NCBI RefSeq assembly: GCF_001598795.1
Contig: NZ_BCZP01000031.1
Location: forward strand, 20,982-52,981
Direction of reading: 5' to 3'
Source: Delftia acidovorans NBRC 14950
GTDB lineage: Bacteria > Pseudomonadota > Gammaproteobacteria > Burkholderiales > Burkholderiaceae_C
Length of the DNA: 32,000 nucleotides
Below are positions 9,333 to 18,204 of this stretch, one piece after another. The number at the start of each line of letters is the position of its first letter. Positions within the stretch are counted from its first letter, which is position 1. The translations under genes and the position numbers were made by a program. The notes beneath the pieces were generated by a model. The model did no database searches. It was not told the DNA's origin and saw only the letters and a list, made by a program, of their open reading frames with translations.

Positions 9333-10082
9333 TCAGTGGATGAGCATCCCGCCGTTCACATCGAGCGTGATGCCCGTGCAATAGCCAGCCAGGTCGCTGG
9401 CCAGGAACACGCAGGCGCCGGCCACATCGTCGGCGCGGCCCAGGCGTGCCAGCGGAATCGTGGCGGAGATCTCGCGCTTGCGTTCGGGGCCGAGCTTGCC
9501 CTGGGTGATATCGGTCTCGATCAGGCCCGGCGTGACGCAGTTGATGCGTATGCCATCGCCGCCGAACTCGCGCGCCATGGCGCGGGCCAGGCCCAGCACC
9601 CCGGCCTTGGCGGCCGAGTAGTGCGGCCCGCCGAAGATGCCGCCGCCGCGCTGCGCCGAGACGGAGGAGATGCAGACGATGGCGCCCGCTTGCTGCCTGC
9701 GCATGGCCGGCAGCACGGCCTGGGACATGTACAGCGTGCCGCGCAGGCTCACGTCGAGCACGCGGTCGTAGTCGGCCCCGCCGATCTCCAGCGTGCCCAC
9801 GGCCTGCGTGATGCCCGCGTTGTTGACCAGCGCGTCGATGCGGCCAAAGGCGCGCAGCACGGCGGCGGCCGCCGCCTCGCACGAGGGCTTGTCCGTCACG
9901 TCGGCCACCAGCCCCAGGTGCCCGTCGCCCAGCCGCGCGGCCGCGCCGGCCGGATCGGCCCGCTCCAGGTCGAGGATGGCCACGCGGGCCCCCTGGGCGG
10001 CCATCTGGCGCGCCGTGGCAAAACCGAGTCCGTTGATCCCTGCGCCGCCGGTGATGATGGCGACCCTGTCCTTGAGCAGCAT
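9333..10082 (-). CDS. short-chain dehydrogenase/reductase (FabG-like SDR)
   Basis: MLLKDRVAIITGGAGINGLG (TGxxxGxG), NNAG, catalytic S...YSAAK, and a PG..T motif. Trimmed to the ATG at 10082. Confidence 0.9.
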   Translation of the reverse strand: MLLKDRVAIITGGAGINGLGFATARQMAAQGARVAILDLERADPAGAAARLGDGHLGLVADVTDKPSCEAAAAAVLRAFGRIDALVNNAGITQAVGTLEIGGADYDRVLDVSLRGTLYMSQAVLPAMRRQQAGAIVCISSVSAQRGGGIFGGPHYSAAKAGVLGLARAMAREFGGDGIRINCVTPGLIETDITQGKLGPERKREISATIPLARLGRADDVAGACVFLASDLAGYCTGITLDVNGGMLIH

Positions 10083-10137
10083 GTGCCTGTCTCCGCTGTA
10101 GTGGTGGTGGATGCAGCCATCTTGGGCTGTCATGAGC

Positions 10138-10159
10138 ATGAAGACAAACGATGTTTCAT
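10138..10159. promoter_or_regulatory. candidate LysR-type operator in the divergent SDR/LysR intergenic region
   Basis: ATGAA-N12-TTCAT dyad (ATGAAGACAAACGATGTTTCAT) in the 162-bp divergent region. It resembles a T-N11-A LysR box; function is inferred only. Confidence 0.3.
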
Positions 10160-10244
10160 CAGCCTAAGATGACGGTTCTTCAGCTCACGTACGGGGTCTC
10201 CCGGGGTCTGCCCGTGAGCTGCCCGCGTCTTCGAGGAACTTGCC

Positions 10245-11159
10245 ATGGCATCCATTCCCAGCAGTGCCCACCTGCAGGCCTTCGAGGCCGTGGCGCGCCG
10301 GCGCAGCTTCGCGCTGGCCGCTTCCGAGCTGCACTTGACGGCCTCGGCCGTCAGCCACCAGGTGGCCAAGCTGGAGGCGCAGCTGGGCGTGCGCCTGTTC
10401 GAGCGCAGCGCGCATGGCGTGCGCCTGAGCCGCCCGGGGCAGGCCTACCTGGAGCGCGTCGGTGGCGCGCTGGCGGCCATCGTCTCGGCGACCGAGGACC
10501 TGCGCCACAGCATGAGCAACAGCCTCTACGTGCACTGCGCGCCCAGCATCGCCAGCCTCTGGCTCATGCCCCGGCTGCGGGACTTTGCGCGGGCCTGCCC
10601 GCACATTGCGCTGAACCTGTCGGCTGCGCATTCGCACAGCGACTTCGCGCTGGGCCAGGCCGATATCGACATCCGCTACGGCATTGCGCAGTGGCCGGAG
10701 CTGGAGGTGGAGCCCCTGTTCGAGGAGCACATCCTGCCGCTGGCCAGCCCCGCCTTCGTGGCCGAGCATGGGCTGCAGCGCGTGCAGCAGTTGCTGCATG
10801 TACCGCTGATCCAGAGCAACGTCAGCATCGTCCAGTGGTCGGACTGGTTCCAGTCGTTCTCGCAGCTGCGCGCGCCAGAGCGCTTTGCCGTGCGTTTCGA
10901 CCGCGCCCAGATGTCGCTGGACGCGGCCACGCAGGGCCTGGGCGTGGCGCTGGAAAGCGCCATGAATGCGGGCGGCCACATTGCCGACGGCCGGCTGGTG
11001 GCCCCCTTCGGTGTGGACCGGGCCCTGCGCGTCAAGGCCCACTTTGCCGTCTACCCCGCGCGCAACGCCCGGCGGCCCGCCGTGGCGGCCTTCCTGGCCT
11101 GGCTGCATGCCGAGGCTGCCCGCACCGAGCAGCAGCCCTGCCGCCAAAGCCCGGACTGA
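10245..11159 (+). CDS. LysR-family transcriptional regulator (GcvA-like)
   Basis: N-terminal HTH LQAFEAVARRRSFALAASELHLTASAVSHQVAKLEAQLGVRLFER. 304 aa. Divergent from the SDR-TRAP-transketolase operon. Confidence 0.9.
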   Translation: MASIPSSAHLQAFEAVARRRSFALAASELHLTASAVSHQVAKLEAQLGVRLFERSAHGVRLSRPGQAYLERVGGALAAIVSATEDLRHSMSNSLYVHCAPSIASLWLMPRLRDFARACPHIALNLSAAHSHSDFALGQADIDIRYGIAQWPELEVEPLFEEHILPLASPAFVAEHGLQRVQQLLHVPLIQSNVSIVQWSDWFQSFSQLRAPERFAVRFDRAQMSLDAATQGLGVALESAMNAGGHIADGRLVAPFGVDRALRVKAHFAVYPARNARRPAVAAFLAWLHAEAARTEQQPCRQSPD

Positions 11160-11298
11160 GTTGGCCGCCAGCCCCGAAAAAGGGCAGAACGGATATTCCT
11201 GCACCCATTGCGAAAAACCTGCGATGCAATTTCTCTATGAATGAGCCAGTGTGCGGCAAATGGTTTTATTGCCCCTGTTTTCGGTGAATGACGACGTG

Positions 11299-11320
11299 AT
11301 TGCCAGCAGGGATTGGCAAT
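11299..11320. promoter_or_regulatory. inverted repeat ATTGCCA-N8-TGGCAAT upstream of the GGDEF-EAL gene
   Basis: Perfect 7-bp arms, 41-62 nt upstream of the ATG at 11361. Only the dyad itself is observed; the regulatory role is inference. Confidence 0.2.
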
Positions 11321-11360
11321 AATTCGGGACAGCCATACACACAGGGAGTGCCACGCTGAA

Positions 11361-14006
11361 ATGGCCAAATCAGCAAGACGCCGATTTATCGGACTGATCA
11401 CGGTGAGCTACGGATTGTTCGCATTCGGCTGGATCCTTCTGTCCGACAAGCTGTTGTTCGCATTGGCAGGGAGTGCGGATATCGGCTGGCTTTCCGTCGT
11501 CAAAGGGCTGTTCTTTGTGCTGGCCACGGACTTCCTGCTGTTCTTCGCGCTGTGCTCGGTGCCGGCCGCGCACAGCGGCGGCGCCTCCGCCATCACCCAG
11601 GAAATGGGGCCGCGCCGTTTTCCGGTCTGGGCCTCCTATCTGTTTGCCCTGGCCATGAGCCTGGCCGTGCTGGCCGCCAGCAGCACGCTGGCCAGCCATT
11701 TCGGTGAACGCTCGCTGCTGCTGCTGTTCATGCTGCCCGTGCTGGTCAGTGCGCTGATCGGCGGCCTGGGGCCGGGCCTGCTGGCCACGGCCTTTGCCGC
11801 CTACAGCCTGGACCAGACCGACGGCGTCGCCGTGCGCGACTGGGCGCAGTGGGGCGTGGTGGCCGTCAACGGCCTGGCCGTGAGCGTGCTGGCTGAGACG
11901 CTGCAGCGCTCGCTGCGCAAGGCCAACATGCAGCGGCAATTGCTGGACTCGGTGATCTCGGGCACCTCGGACGCCGTCTTCGTGAAGGATCTGCGCGGGC
12001 GCTACCTGCTGGTCAACCGGGCCGCCGCCAGCCTGGTGGGCCGCCAGGCCGAGGACATCGTGGGCAAGGACGACTTCGCGCTCTTTCCCTTCGGCATCGC
12101 CAGCGCCATCCGCAGGAAGGACCGGGATGTGCTGCGCCAGGAGGTGGCCACGCATGAGGAGCAACTGACGGTGGCGCCCGGGCGGACGCTGGACCTCCTG
12201 GTCACCAAGGGCCCGGTGCGCAACACCGCAGGCCACATCGCGGGCCTGTTCGGCATCTCCCGGGACATCACCGAGCGCAAGCGCTTCGAGCGCGAGCTGG
12301 CCCAGGCCGCCGTGGTGTTCGACAGCAGCCACCAGGGCATCATGGTGGTCGATCCGGGGCGGCTCATCACGCGCGTCAACCCCGCCTTCACCCGCATCAC
12401 CGGCTATGCGCCCGAGGACGTGATCGGCAAGACACCGCGCGTGCTGTCCTCGGGCCTGCACGGGCCGGAGTTCTACCGGCAGATCTGGGCCTGCATCGAG
12501 CGCGACGGCTTCTGGCACGGCGAGATCTGGAACCGCCGCAAGACGGGCGAGATCTTCGCCGAGATGCTGTCCATCTCCGCCGCGCAGGGCGCCGGTGGCG
12601 AGATCGAGCACTACATCGGCGTCTTCACCGACATCAGCCACATCAAGGCGCACGAGGCCGAGCTCGAGCGCGTCACGCACTACGACCTGCTCACCGGCCT
12701 GCCCAACCGCCGCCTGCTGATCGACCGGCTCAACCAAGCCATGCTGCGCACCGCGCGCGAGGGTCGCTCCCTGGCCGTGTGCTTCCTGGACCTGGACGGC
12801 TTCAAGGAAATCAACGACCTGCACGGCGCGGCCGCGGGCGATGCGCTGCTGGTGGGCGTGGCCGCCCACCTCAAGAGCGTGCTGCGCTCCGAGGACACGC
12901 TGGCCCGGCTCGGCGGCGACGAGTTCGTGCTGCTGCTGTCGCACATCGGCTCGGCCGAGCACTGCTCCACCATCCTCGACCGGGTGCTGGAGGCGGCCAG
13001 CCGTCCCGTGCCCGTGCAGGACCGGGTGCTGTCCGTGACCGCCAGCGTGGGTGTCAGCCTCTACCCCGACGACCAGGCCGACCCCGACCTGCTGCTGCGC
13101 CATGCCGACCAGGCCATGTGCGTGGCCAAGCAGGCCGGGCGCAACCGCTACCAGCTGTTCGATCCGGAAAACGACCGCAAGGCCCATGCGCGCCGCCTGC
13201 AGCTGGGCTGGCTGCGCCAGGCGCTGGAGAAGGGTGAATTCCTGCTGCACTACCAGCCCAAGGTGGAGCTGGGCGGCGGCAAGCTGGTGGGTGCCGAGGC
13301 CCTGCTGCGCTGGCATGACCCGCGCCAGGGCTTGCGCGCGCCGGGCGAGTTCCTGCCCTTTATCGCGGGCAGCGACCTGGAGCGGCCGCTGGGCGACTGG
13401 GTCATCGGCGAGGCCGTGGCCCAGGCGGCGCGTTGGTTCGGCCAGGGACTGGACCTGTGCGTGAGCATCAACGTCAGCGCCAACCAGCTGCTGGACGGCG
13501 GTTTCCACGCCAAGATGGCCCAGGTGCTGGCCTGCCACCCGGACCTGCCGCCGCACCTGATCGAGCTGGAAATCCTGGAAAGCGCCGCCATCGCCGACAT
13601 GGAGCAGGCCATCCAGGTGATGGGCCAGTGCCGGCAGCTGGGCATACGCTTTGCGCTGGACGACTTCGGCACCGGCTACTCCTCGCTCACCTACCTGCGC
13701 AAGCTGCCCGTGCAGTCGCTCAAGATCGACCAGAGCTTCGTGCGCGACATGCTGGCCGACCCGGACGACCTGGGCATCGTCGAAGGCGTCATCCAGCTGG
13801 CCAGCACCTTCCAGCTCGAATCGGTGGCCGAAGGCGTGGAAACGCCCAAGCATGCGCGCCGCCTGCGCGACATGGGCTGCCACGTGGCCCAGGGCTACGG
13901 CATCGCCCGGCCCATGCCCGCCGACCAGCTGCCCGCCTGGGCCGCGCGCTGGCAGGCCGGGGACAACTGGCTGGCGCATGGGCGGCATATGCCGTCCGAG
14001 GCCTGA
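11361..14006 (+). CDS. membrane-anchored PAS-PAS-GGDEF-EAL c-di-GMP turnover protein
   Basis: Hydrophobic N-terminal region, two PAS domains (SGTSDAVFVKDLRGRYLLVNRAA...; GIMVVDPGRLITRVNPAFTRITGY...). Intact GGDEF with an I-site (RSEDTLARLGGDEF). Intact EAL (GAEALLRW, DDFGTGYSSL, KIDQSF, EGVE). AGGGAG RBS precedes the ATG at 11361. Confidence 0.9.
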   Translation: MAKSARRRFIGLITVSYGLFAFGWILLSDKLLFALAGSADIGWLSVVKGLFFVLATDFLLFFALCSVPAAHSGGASAITQEMGPRRFPVWASYLFALAMSLAVLAASSTLASHFGERSLLLLFMLPVLVSALIGGLGPGLLATAFAAYSLDQTDGVAVRDWAQWGVVAVNGLAVSVLAETLQRSLRKANMQRQLLDSVISGTSDAVFVKDLRGRYLLVNRAAASLVGRQAEDIVGKDDFALFPFGIASAIRRKDRDVLRQEVATHEEQLTVAPGRTLDLLVTKGPVRNTAGHIAGLFGISRDITERKRFERELAQAAVVFDSSHQGIMVVDPGRLITRVNPAFTRITGYAPEDVIGKTPRVLSSGLHGPEFYRQIWACIERDGFWHGEIWNRRKTGEIFAEMLSISAAQGAGGEIEHYIGVFTDISHIKAHEAELERVTHYDLLTGLPNRRLLIDRLNQAMLRTAREGRSLAVCFLDLDGFKEINDLHGAAAGDALLVGVAAHLKSVLRSEDTLARLGGDEFVLLLSHIGSAEHCSTILDRVLEAASRPVPVQDRVLSVTASVGVSLYPDDQADPDLLLRHADQAMCVAKQAGRNRYQLFDPENDRKAHARRLQLGWLRQALEKGEFLLHYQPKVELGGGKLVGAEALLRWHDPRQGLRAPGEFLPFIAGSDLERPLGDWVIGEAVAQAARWFGQGLDLCVSINVSANQLLDGGFHAKMAQVLACHPDLPPHLIELEILESAAIADMEQAIQVMGQCRQLGIRFALDDFGTGYSSLTYLRKLPVQSLKIDQSFVRDMLADPDDLGIVEGVIQLASTFQLESVAEGVETPKHARRLRDMGCHVAQGYGIARPMPADQLPAWAARWQAGDNWLAHGRHMPSEA

Positions 14007-14016
14007 GCTTCGCGTC

Positions 14017-14038
14017 CCGGCACCGGCGCCGGTGCCGG
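14017..14038. terminator. perfect 22-nt GC palindrome filling the gap between convergent genes (possible bidirectional terminator hairpin, no U-tract)
   Basis: CCGGCACCGGC|GCCGGTGCCGG lies between the stop at 14004-14006 (+) and the stop at 14039-14041 (-). Confidence 0.35.
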
Positions 14039-16564
14039 CTATGTCAACTCTGCTGGACGGGTTTCCATGGCATTGCGGGTGGGCAAGGTGATGCAGAACA
14101 TGGCGCCTCCTGCGGGGCCGTTGCTGGCGACGACGGTGCCGTCCATGGTGTCGATGATCTTGCGGCAGATGGCCAGGCCCAGGCCCGTGCCGCCCGAGCC
14201 GTCCTTGGTCTTGCTGGACTGCACGAAGGGCTGGAAGATCTTGTCCAGTTCCTGCGGAGGAATGCCAGGGCCCTGGTCGGAGACGGCAATGCAGATGTCG
14301 CCCTGTCCGTCGATGCGGCCCTGCACATCGATGCGTCCGCCGATGGGCGAGAACTTGATGGCATTGGCCAGCACATTGCGCACCACCTGCTGAAAGCGCA
14401 CGGGGTCGGCCTTGGCGATCAGCGGCGTTTCGTCGAGCTCCAGCCGCAGGTCGATGAGCTTGTGCTGCTGCTGCGGCTCCAGCTCGCGCACCACGGGCCG
14501 TATCAGGCTTCTGAGGTCGGTGCGTTCCAGGTGGATGGTTCCCACGGCGCTTTCCAGCTTGGCGACATCCAGCAGGTCGTTGACCAGGGCCAGCATGCGC
14601 TGGCCGGCTGCATGGATATCGTTGAACATGTCTGCCATCGCGGCATTGCCGAGAGAGCGCAGGCCGCCCAGCTCGGCAAAGCCCATGATGGACTGCAGCG
14701 GGGTGCGCAGCTCGTGGCTCATGTTGGCCACGAATTCCGATTTCACGCGGAAGGCCTCTTCGGCCGCGTCGCGGGCTTCGTGGATGGCATGCTCGGCCGC
14801 GCGGAATTCGCTCACGTCCACAAAAATGCTGAGCACGCCGGTGATCCGGCCCTGGGCATCCTTGACTGCCGCCTTGGAGATCTGCACGTCGCGGTAGCTG
14901 CCGTCCACATGGGGCAGCCGGGCCTCCAGCACCATGGGCTGGCCTGAACGCATCACATCCTCATTGCCGTGCATCTGCAGCAGGTCATGGTCGCCAGAGT
15001 GCAGGCCCTCGACCTCATGGCCAAGCACGGCGTAGCGGCACCTACCAAAGAAGTCTTCCCAGGCCTTGTTCACCAGGGCCACGCGCTGGCCCGCGTTCGT
15101 GACCAGCATGGGCAGGGGCGTGGTCTCGAACAGCAGGTGCTGGAAGGCCAGCTGGGTCTGCAGCTCCTGCTGGGCCTTCCAGCGGGCGGTCACGTCCACG
15201 GCGCTGCCGGCAAAGCCCACCAGCCGGCCCTCGCGCAGCAGGGGAACCACGGCGATGTCGCAGAGTATTTCCCTTTCGTCGGGAAGTCGAAAGCGCGCCT
15301 GGCAGTTGCGCAGGACCAGCTTGGCCTGGGGGTCGAGCAGTGCCTGGATCTGGGGCCTGCAGGCTTCATGCACGATGCCCTCCAGCGGCTGCCCTACCGC
15401 CTCGGCGCTGGGCTGCGCGGTCCACTGCTCCCAGCGGGCGTTCACGAAGGTCAGCCGGCCGTGGCTGTCAGTGCGGAAGATCAGCTCCTGCACGCTGCGC
15501 ATGAGCACGGCCATTTCATGCTCGCTGCGGGCTATGCGCGCCTGGGCCTTTTCCATGGCCTGCTGTGCCGACTTCTGCACCCTGCGGGTCTTGAGCACCG
15601 ACGCGCTCAGGCCCAACACAAGGGCAAGAAGTGCAAGTCCGGCCCCAAAGAAGGCGAAGGCATCGTCACGCCAGCGCGCGATCGCCGCCGCGTAGGGCTC
15701 CTCCACCACCAGCAGCAGGGGCCAGTTGCGGACCGTGCGAAAGGACACGATCTCATGGGGGCCTAGCAGGCCGGCGCCAATGTAGGAGCCGAATTCGCTG
15801 CCTGGCAGCCATTTCTGGAAGATGGGGGTCTTGCGTGCAGAGGCCGTTTGTACGCCCCCGCCTGCGTTCGTGCTGGCCAGCGGTTGGCCGTCGTAGCTCA
15901 GCAGCACCGCCTCGTAGCTGAGGGTTTCCAGCGTGGCCTGGTAGAAGTTGGCCACGGCATCGGGATTGATCAGGCCCACCAGCAAGGCGGGTGCGCCGCT
16001 GTCGTTTTCGAAGGCCAGGATCTGGGGCAGGTAGTGGACGCCCCGCGGAATTGCATGCGGGGCCAATGTCAGGGAAGAGAGGCTGCGGCCGCTGACAAGG
16101 CGTCCCAGTTGTACCTTGCCCAGGACCGGAGCCGATGCGTTGTCCGGCAGCAACTGCTGCACCTCGATCTGCAGGCCGGCTTCGCCCGCCTGCGTGCTCG
16201 CCAGGATGTGGCCCTGGCCATCGAGCAGCGCCATGCTGCGCAGAACCGGCAGTTGGGCGACCACTTGCGCCATGGCCGCCTCGCGCGCGGCGCGCGGGCT
16301 GTCGGCGGACAGGATGACCGGATTGTGGGCCAGGCTCGCCAGGGCGACATCGCCGGTCTCGAAGGTCTTGCCGGTCTGATCTTCCAGTACACGGCTGAGC
16401 AATGCGGCCTGGGATCTGCTTTGCTCGGCCTGGGTGTGCAGTTGGCCCCAGATGAAGAGCACAAGCCCCGCCAGCACGCACAGCGCAAAGCTCAGGATCA
16501 AGGCTTTGATGTGGGCGCTGCGCCTGGCCCCCAGGAAGCGATGCATGGCGGCTCTGTGCGGCAT
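14039..16564 (-). CDS. sensor histidine kinase with a large periplasmic domain and multiple PAS domains; no receiver domain
   Basis: TM1 IKALILSFALCVLAGLVLFIW, a roughly 300-aa periplasmic region, TM2 AFAFFGAGLALLALVLGLSASVL, PAS segments. H-box FVANMSHELRTPLQSI, HATPase GGTGLGLAICRKII. AGGAG RBS lies 9 nt upstream of the ATG at 16564. Confidence 0.9.
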   Translation of the reverse strand: MPHRAAMHRFLGARRSAHIKALILSFALCVLAGLVLFIWGQLHTQAEQSRSQAALLSRVLEDQTGKTFETGDVALASLAHNPVILSADSPRAAREAAMAQVVAQLPVLRSMALLDGQGHILASTQAGEAGLQIEVQQLLPDNASAPVLGKVQLGRLVSGRSLSSLTLAPHAIPRGVHYLPQILAFENDSGAPALLVGLINPDAVANFYQATLETLSYEAVLLSYDGQPLASTNAGGGVQTASARKTPIFQKWLPGSEFGSYIGAGLLGPHEIVSFRTVRNWPLLLVVEEPYAAAIARWRDDAFAFFGAGLALLALVLGLSASVLKTRRVQKSAQQAMEKAQARIARSEHEMAVLMRSVQELIFRTDSHGRLTFVNARWEQWTAQPSAEAVGQPLEGIVHEACRPQIQALLDPQAKLVLRNCQARFRLPDEREILCDIAVVPLLREGRLVGFAGSAVDVTARWKAQQELQTQLAFQHLLFETTPLPMLVTNAGQRVALVNKAWEDFFGRCRYAVLGHEVEGLHSGDHDLLQMHGNEDVMRSGQPMVLEARLPHVDGSYRDVQISKAAVKDAQGRITGVLSIFVDVSEFRAAEHAIHEARDAAEEAFRVKSEFVANMSHELRTPLQSIMGFAELGGLRSLGNAAMADMFNDIHAAGQRMLALVNDLLDVAKLESAVGTIHLERTDLRSLIRPVVRELEPQQQHKLIDLRLELDETPLIAKADPVRFQQVVRNVLANAIKFSPIGGRIDVQGRIDGQGDICIAVSDQGPGIPPQELDKIFQPFVQSSKTKDGSGGTGLGLAICRKIIDTMDGTVVASNGPAGGAMFCITLPTRNAMETRPAELT

Positions 16565-16590
16565 GGTGATGGGCTCCTGCGCAAGGAGGG

Positions 16591-17430
16591 TCAGGGGGCA
16601 ACGATCGCGGTCAGGCCGTTGTTGCGGGCCGCCCGGGCCAGGCGGCCGTCGCGCCGGATGTCGGAGACGAACTGGTCCAGGCGAGCGAGCCACCGGGTGT
16701 CGGCCGGACTGGTCGCGTAGCCGTAGGGAAGCACATGGAACGGCTTGGGCGGCGCGATCAGCCGGGCCCAGTCGGAGCTGTCGAGCAGCCTGCGGCTGTA
16801 GGGGTAGTCGGTCATGAACACGTCCACGCGCCCCGCCATGAGTTCTTTTTCCCGGCTCTGGGGTGGCTCGATGGGCACGAGGCGCGCATGCCTGAGCGTC
16901 TCGCGCATCACAGGCTCCATGAAGGTGCCGCGCTGCACGGCGACCTGCACGCCAGGCTGGTCGATGTCCGCCCAGGATTGCACGGTCTGATTGCTCTTGG
17001 TGGTCACACCGTAGATGTCGCTGCTCAGATACGGCCGCGTGAAGCGCTGCTGCTTTTGGCGCTGGGCAAGAATGCCCACGGCGAACATGGCGACATCGCA
17101 GCGCGACTCCAGCAGGTCAGGTATCAGCCTGGGAAAGGAGGAGTCCACATACTGCACCCGCACGCCCAGGTCCTTGGCCAGCTCCACCGAGAGCTCCGCA
17201 TCGATGCCCGTCAGCCTGCCTGTGCGCGCGTCACGGAACGTGATGCCGTAGTAGTCTGGCCATATGCATACGCGCAGGGCATCCGTGGCAGCAATCCGGT
17301 CCAGCACCTCGCCTGCCTCGGCGCAACCGGACCATTGCACAAGACACAGCAGCAATCCGGCAGCGGCTGCCAGATGGGCCAGCACGCGCCGTTGAGGCGG
17401 TGCGCCGAAACAGGTCGATGATGGGCGCAT
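16591..17430 (-). CDS. periplasmic solute-binding protein, family 3 (amino-acid ABC-type SBP fold), no cognate permease or ATPase nearby
   Basis: Signal-like N-terminus, then LRVCIWPDYYGITFRDARTGRLTGIDAELSVELAKDLGVRVQYV...CDVAMFAVG...RVDVFMTD, typical of SBP_bac_3. Confidence 0.85.
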   Translation of the reverse strand: MRPSSTCFGAPPQRRVLAHLAAAAGLLLCLVQWSGCAEAGEVLDRIAATDALRVCIWPDYYGITFRDARTGRLTGIDAELSVELAKDLGVRVQYVDSSFPRLIPDLLESRCDVAMFAVGILAQRQKQQRFTRPYLSSDIYGVTTKSNQTVQSWADIDQPGVQVAVQRGTFMEPVMRETLRHARLVPIEPPQSREKELMAGRVDVFMTDYPYSRRLLDSSDWARLIAPPKPFHVLPYGYATSPADTRWLARLDQFVSDIRRDGRLARAARNNGLTAIVAP

Positions 17431-17439
17431 GGCGGGCTT

Positions 17440-18204
17440 TCAGGGTGTGTCGATCAGTTCGGTGAAGGACGGAGCCTGCCGGGTCAGCGCCAGGCGCAGC
17501 GCATCGAGCTCTTCGATGTTGTCCATGAAAGCGTCGACGATTCCGGGATCCAGGGCCTTGCCCCGTTCCGCCGCGATCATCTCCAGGGCCTGCTCCAGCC
17601 CGAACGCCGGCCGGTACACCCGGTCCATGGTGAGCGCGTCGAAGATATCGACGATGGACGTGATACGAGCCGACAGCGGGATTTCTTCGCCTGCCAATCC
17701 CTGCGGGTAGCCCTTGCCGTCGAAGCGTTCATGGTGGCTTGCGGCGATCTCGGCGGCCATCTGGAACACGGGGATGCGTGACTGGCCCAGCAGGCGTGCG
17801 CCGATCTCGGCATGCCGGTTCATGACGAGGCGCTCTTCGGGTCCCAGCGGGCCCTCCTTCTTGAGGATGGTGTCCGGAATGCCGACCTTGCCTATGTCAT
17901 GCATCGGGGCCGCCTTGCGCAGCAGGCTGGCGAATTCGATGCGGCAGCCCAGGCGCAGGGCCAGGGCCTCCGACAGGTAGCCGATGCGGACGATGTGCGA
18001 GCCAGTATCGTCATCCTTGAGCTCTGCGGCCATGGCCAGGCGCAGCAGGGTCTCGTGGTGGGCACGTGTCACTTCCTTGAGAAGATCGTTGCGCTCGCGG
18101 TACATGCGGCCGAAGTCCTGGATGAGCAGCTCCATCTGCTCCACGGCTGCAGGATCGAAACGTCGCGATGGCTCCCTCGGGGTGCCGGTCTGGTACTGGG
18201 CCAT
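17440..18204 (-). CDS. HD-GYP domain c-di-GMP phosphodiesterase lacking a receiver domain
   Basis: APMHDIGKVGIP (HD) and HHERFDGKGYPQGL (GYP). The ATG at 18204 shares one nucleotide with the upstream TGA (TGATG). Confidence 0.9.
   Translation of the reverse strand: MAQYQTGTPREPSRRFDPAAVEQMELLIQDFGRMYRERNDLLKEVTRAHHETLLRLAMAAELKDDDTGSHIVRIGYLSEALALRLGCRIEFASLLRKAAPMHDIGKVGIPDTILKKEGPLGPEERLVMNRHAEIGARLLGQSRIPVFQMAAEIAASHHERFDGKGYPQGLAGEEIPLSARITSIVDIFDALTMDRVYRPAFGLEQALEMIAAERGKALDPGIVDAFMDNIEELDALRLALTRQAPSFTELIDTP

Noticed and set aside
11299-11330. Possible sigma-54 promoter because of TGGCA in the ATTGCCA-N8-TGGCAAT dyad.
   Set aside because: No TTGC(A/T) element lies at the required spacing downstream of the GG on either strand.
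11370-13988. 872-aa minus-strand ORF. Similar long antisense ORFs occur at 8242-9324, 9183-10172, 10185-11204, 13433-14947, 19131-20444, 20108-21931, 23720-25252, 25393-26907 and 28971-30518.
   Set aside because: All lie opposite genes with unambiguous motifs (GGDEF/EAL, DctP, SDR, LysR, kinase, HD-GYP, MCP, SpeE). None shows motifs or plausible starts of its own.
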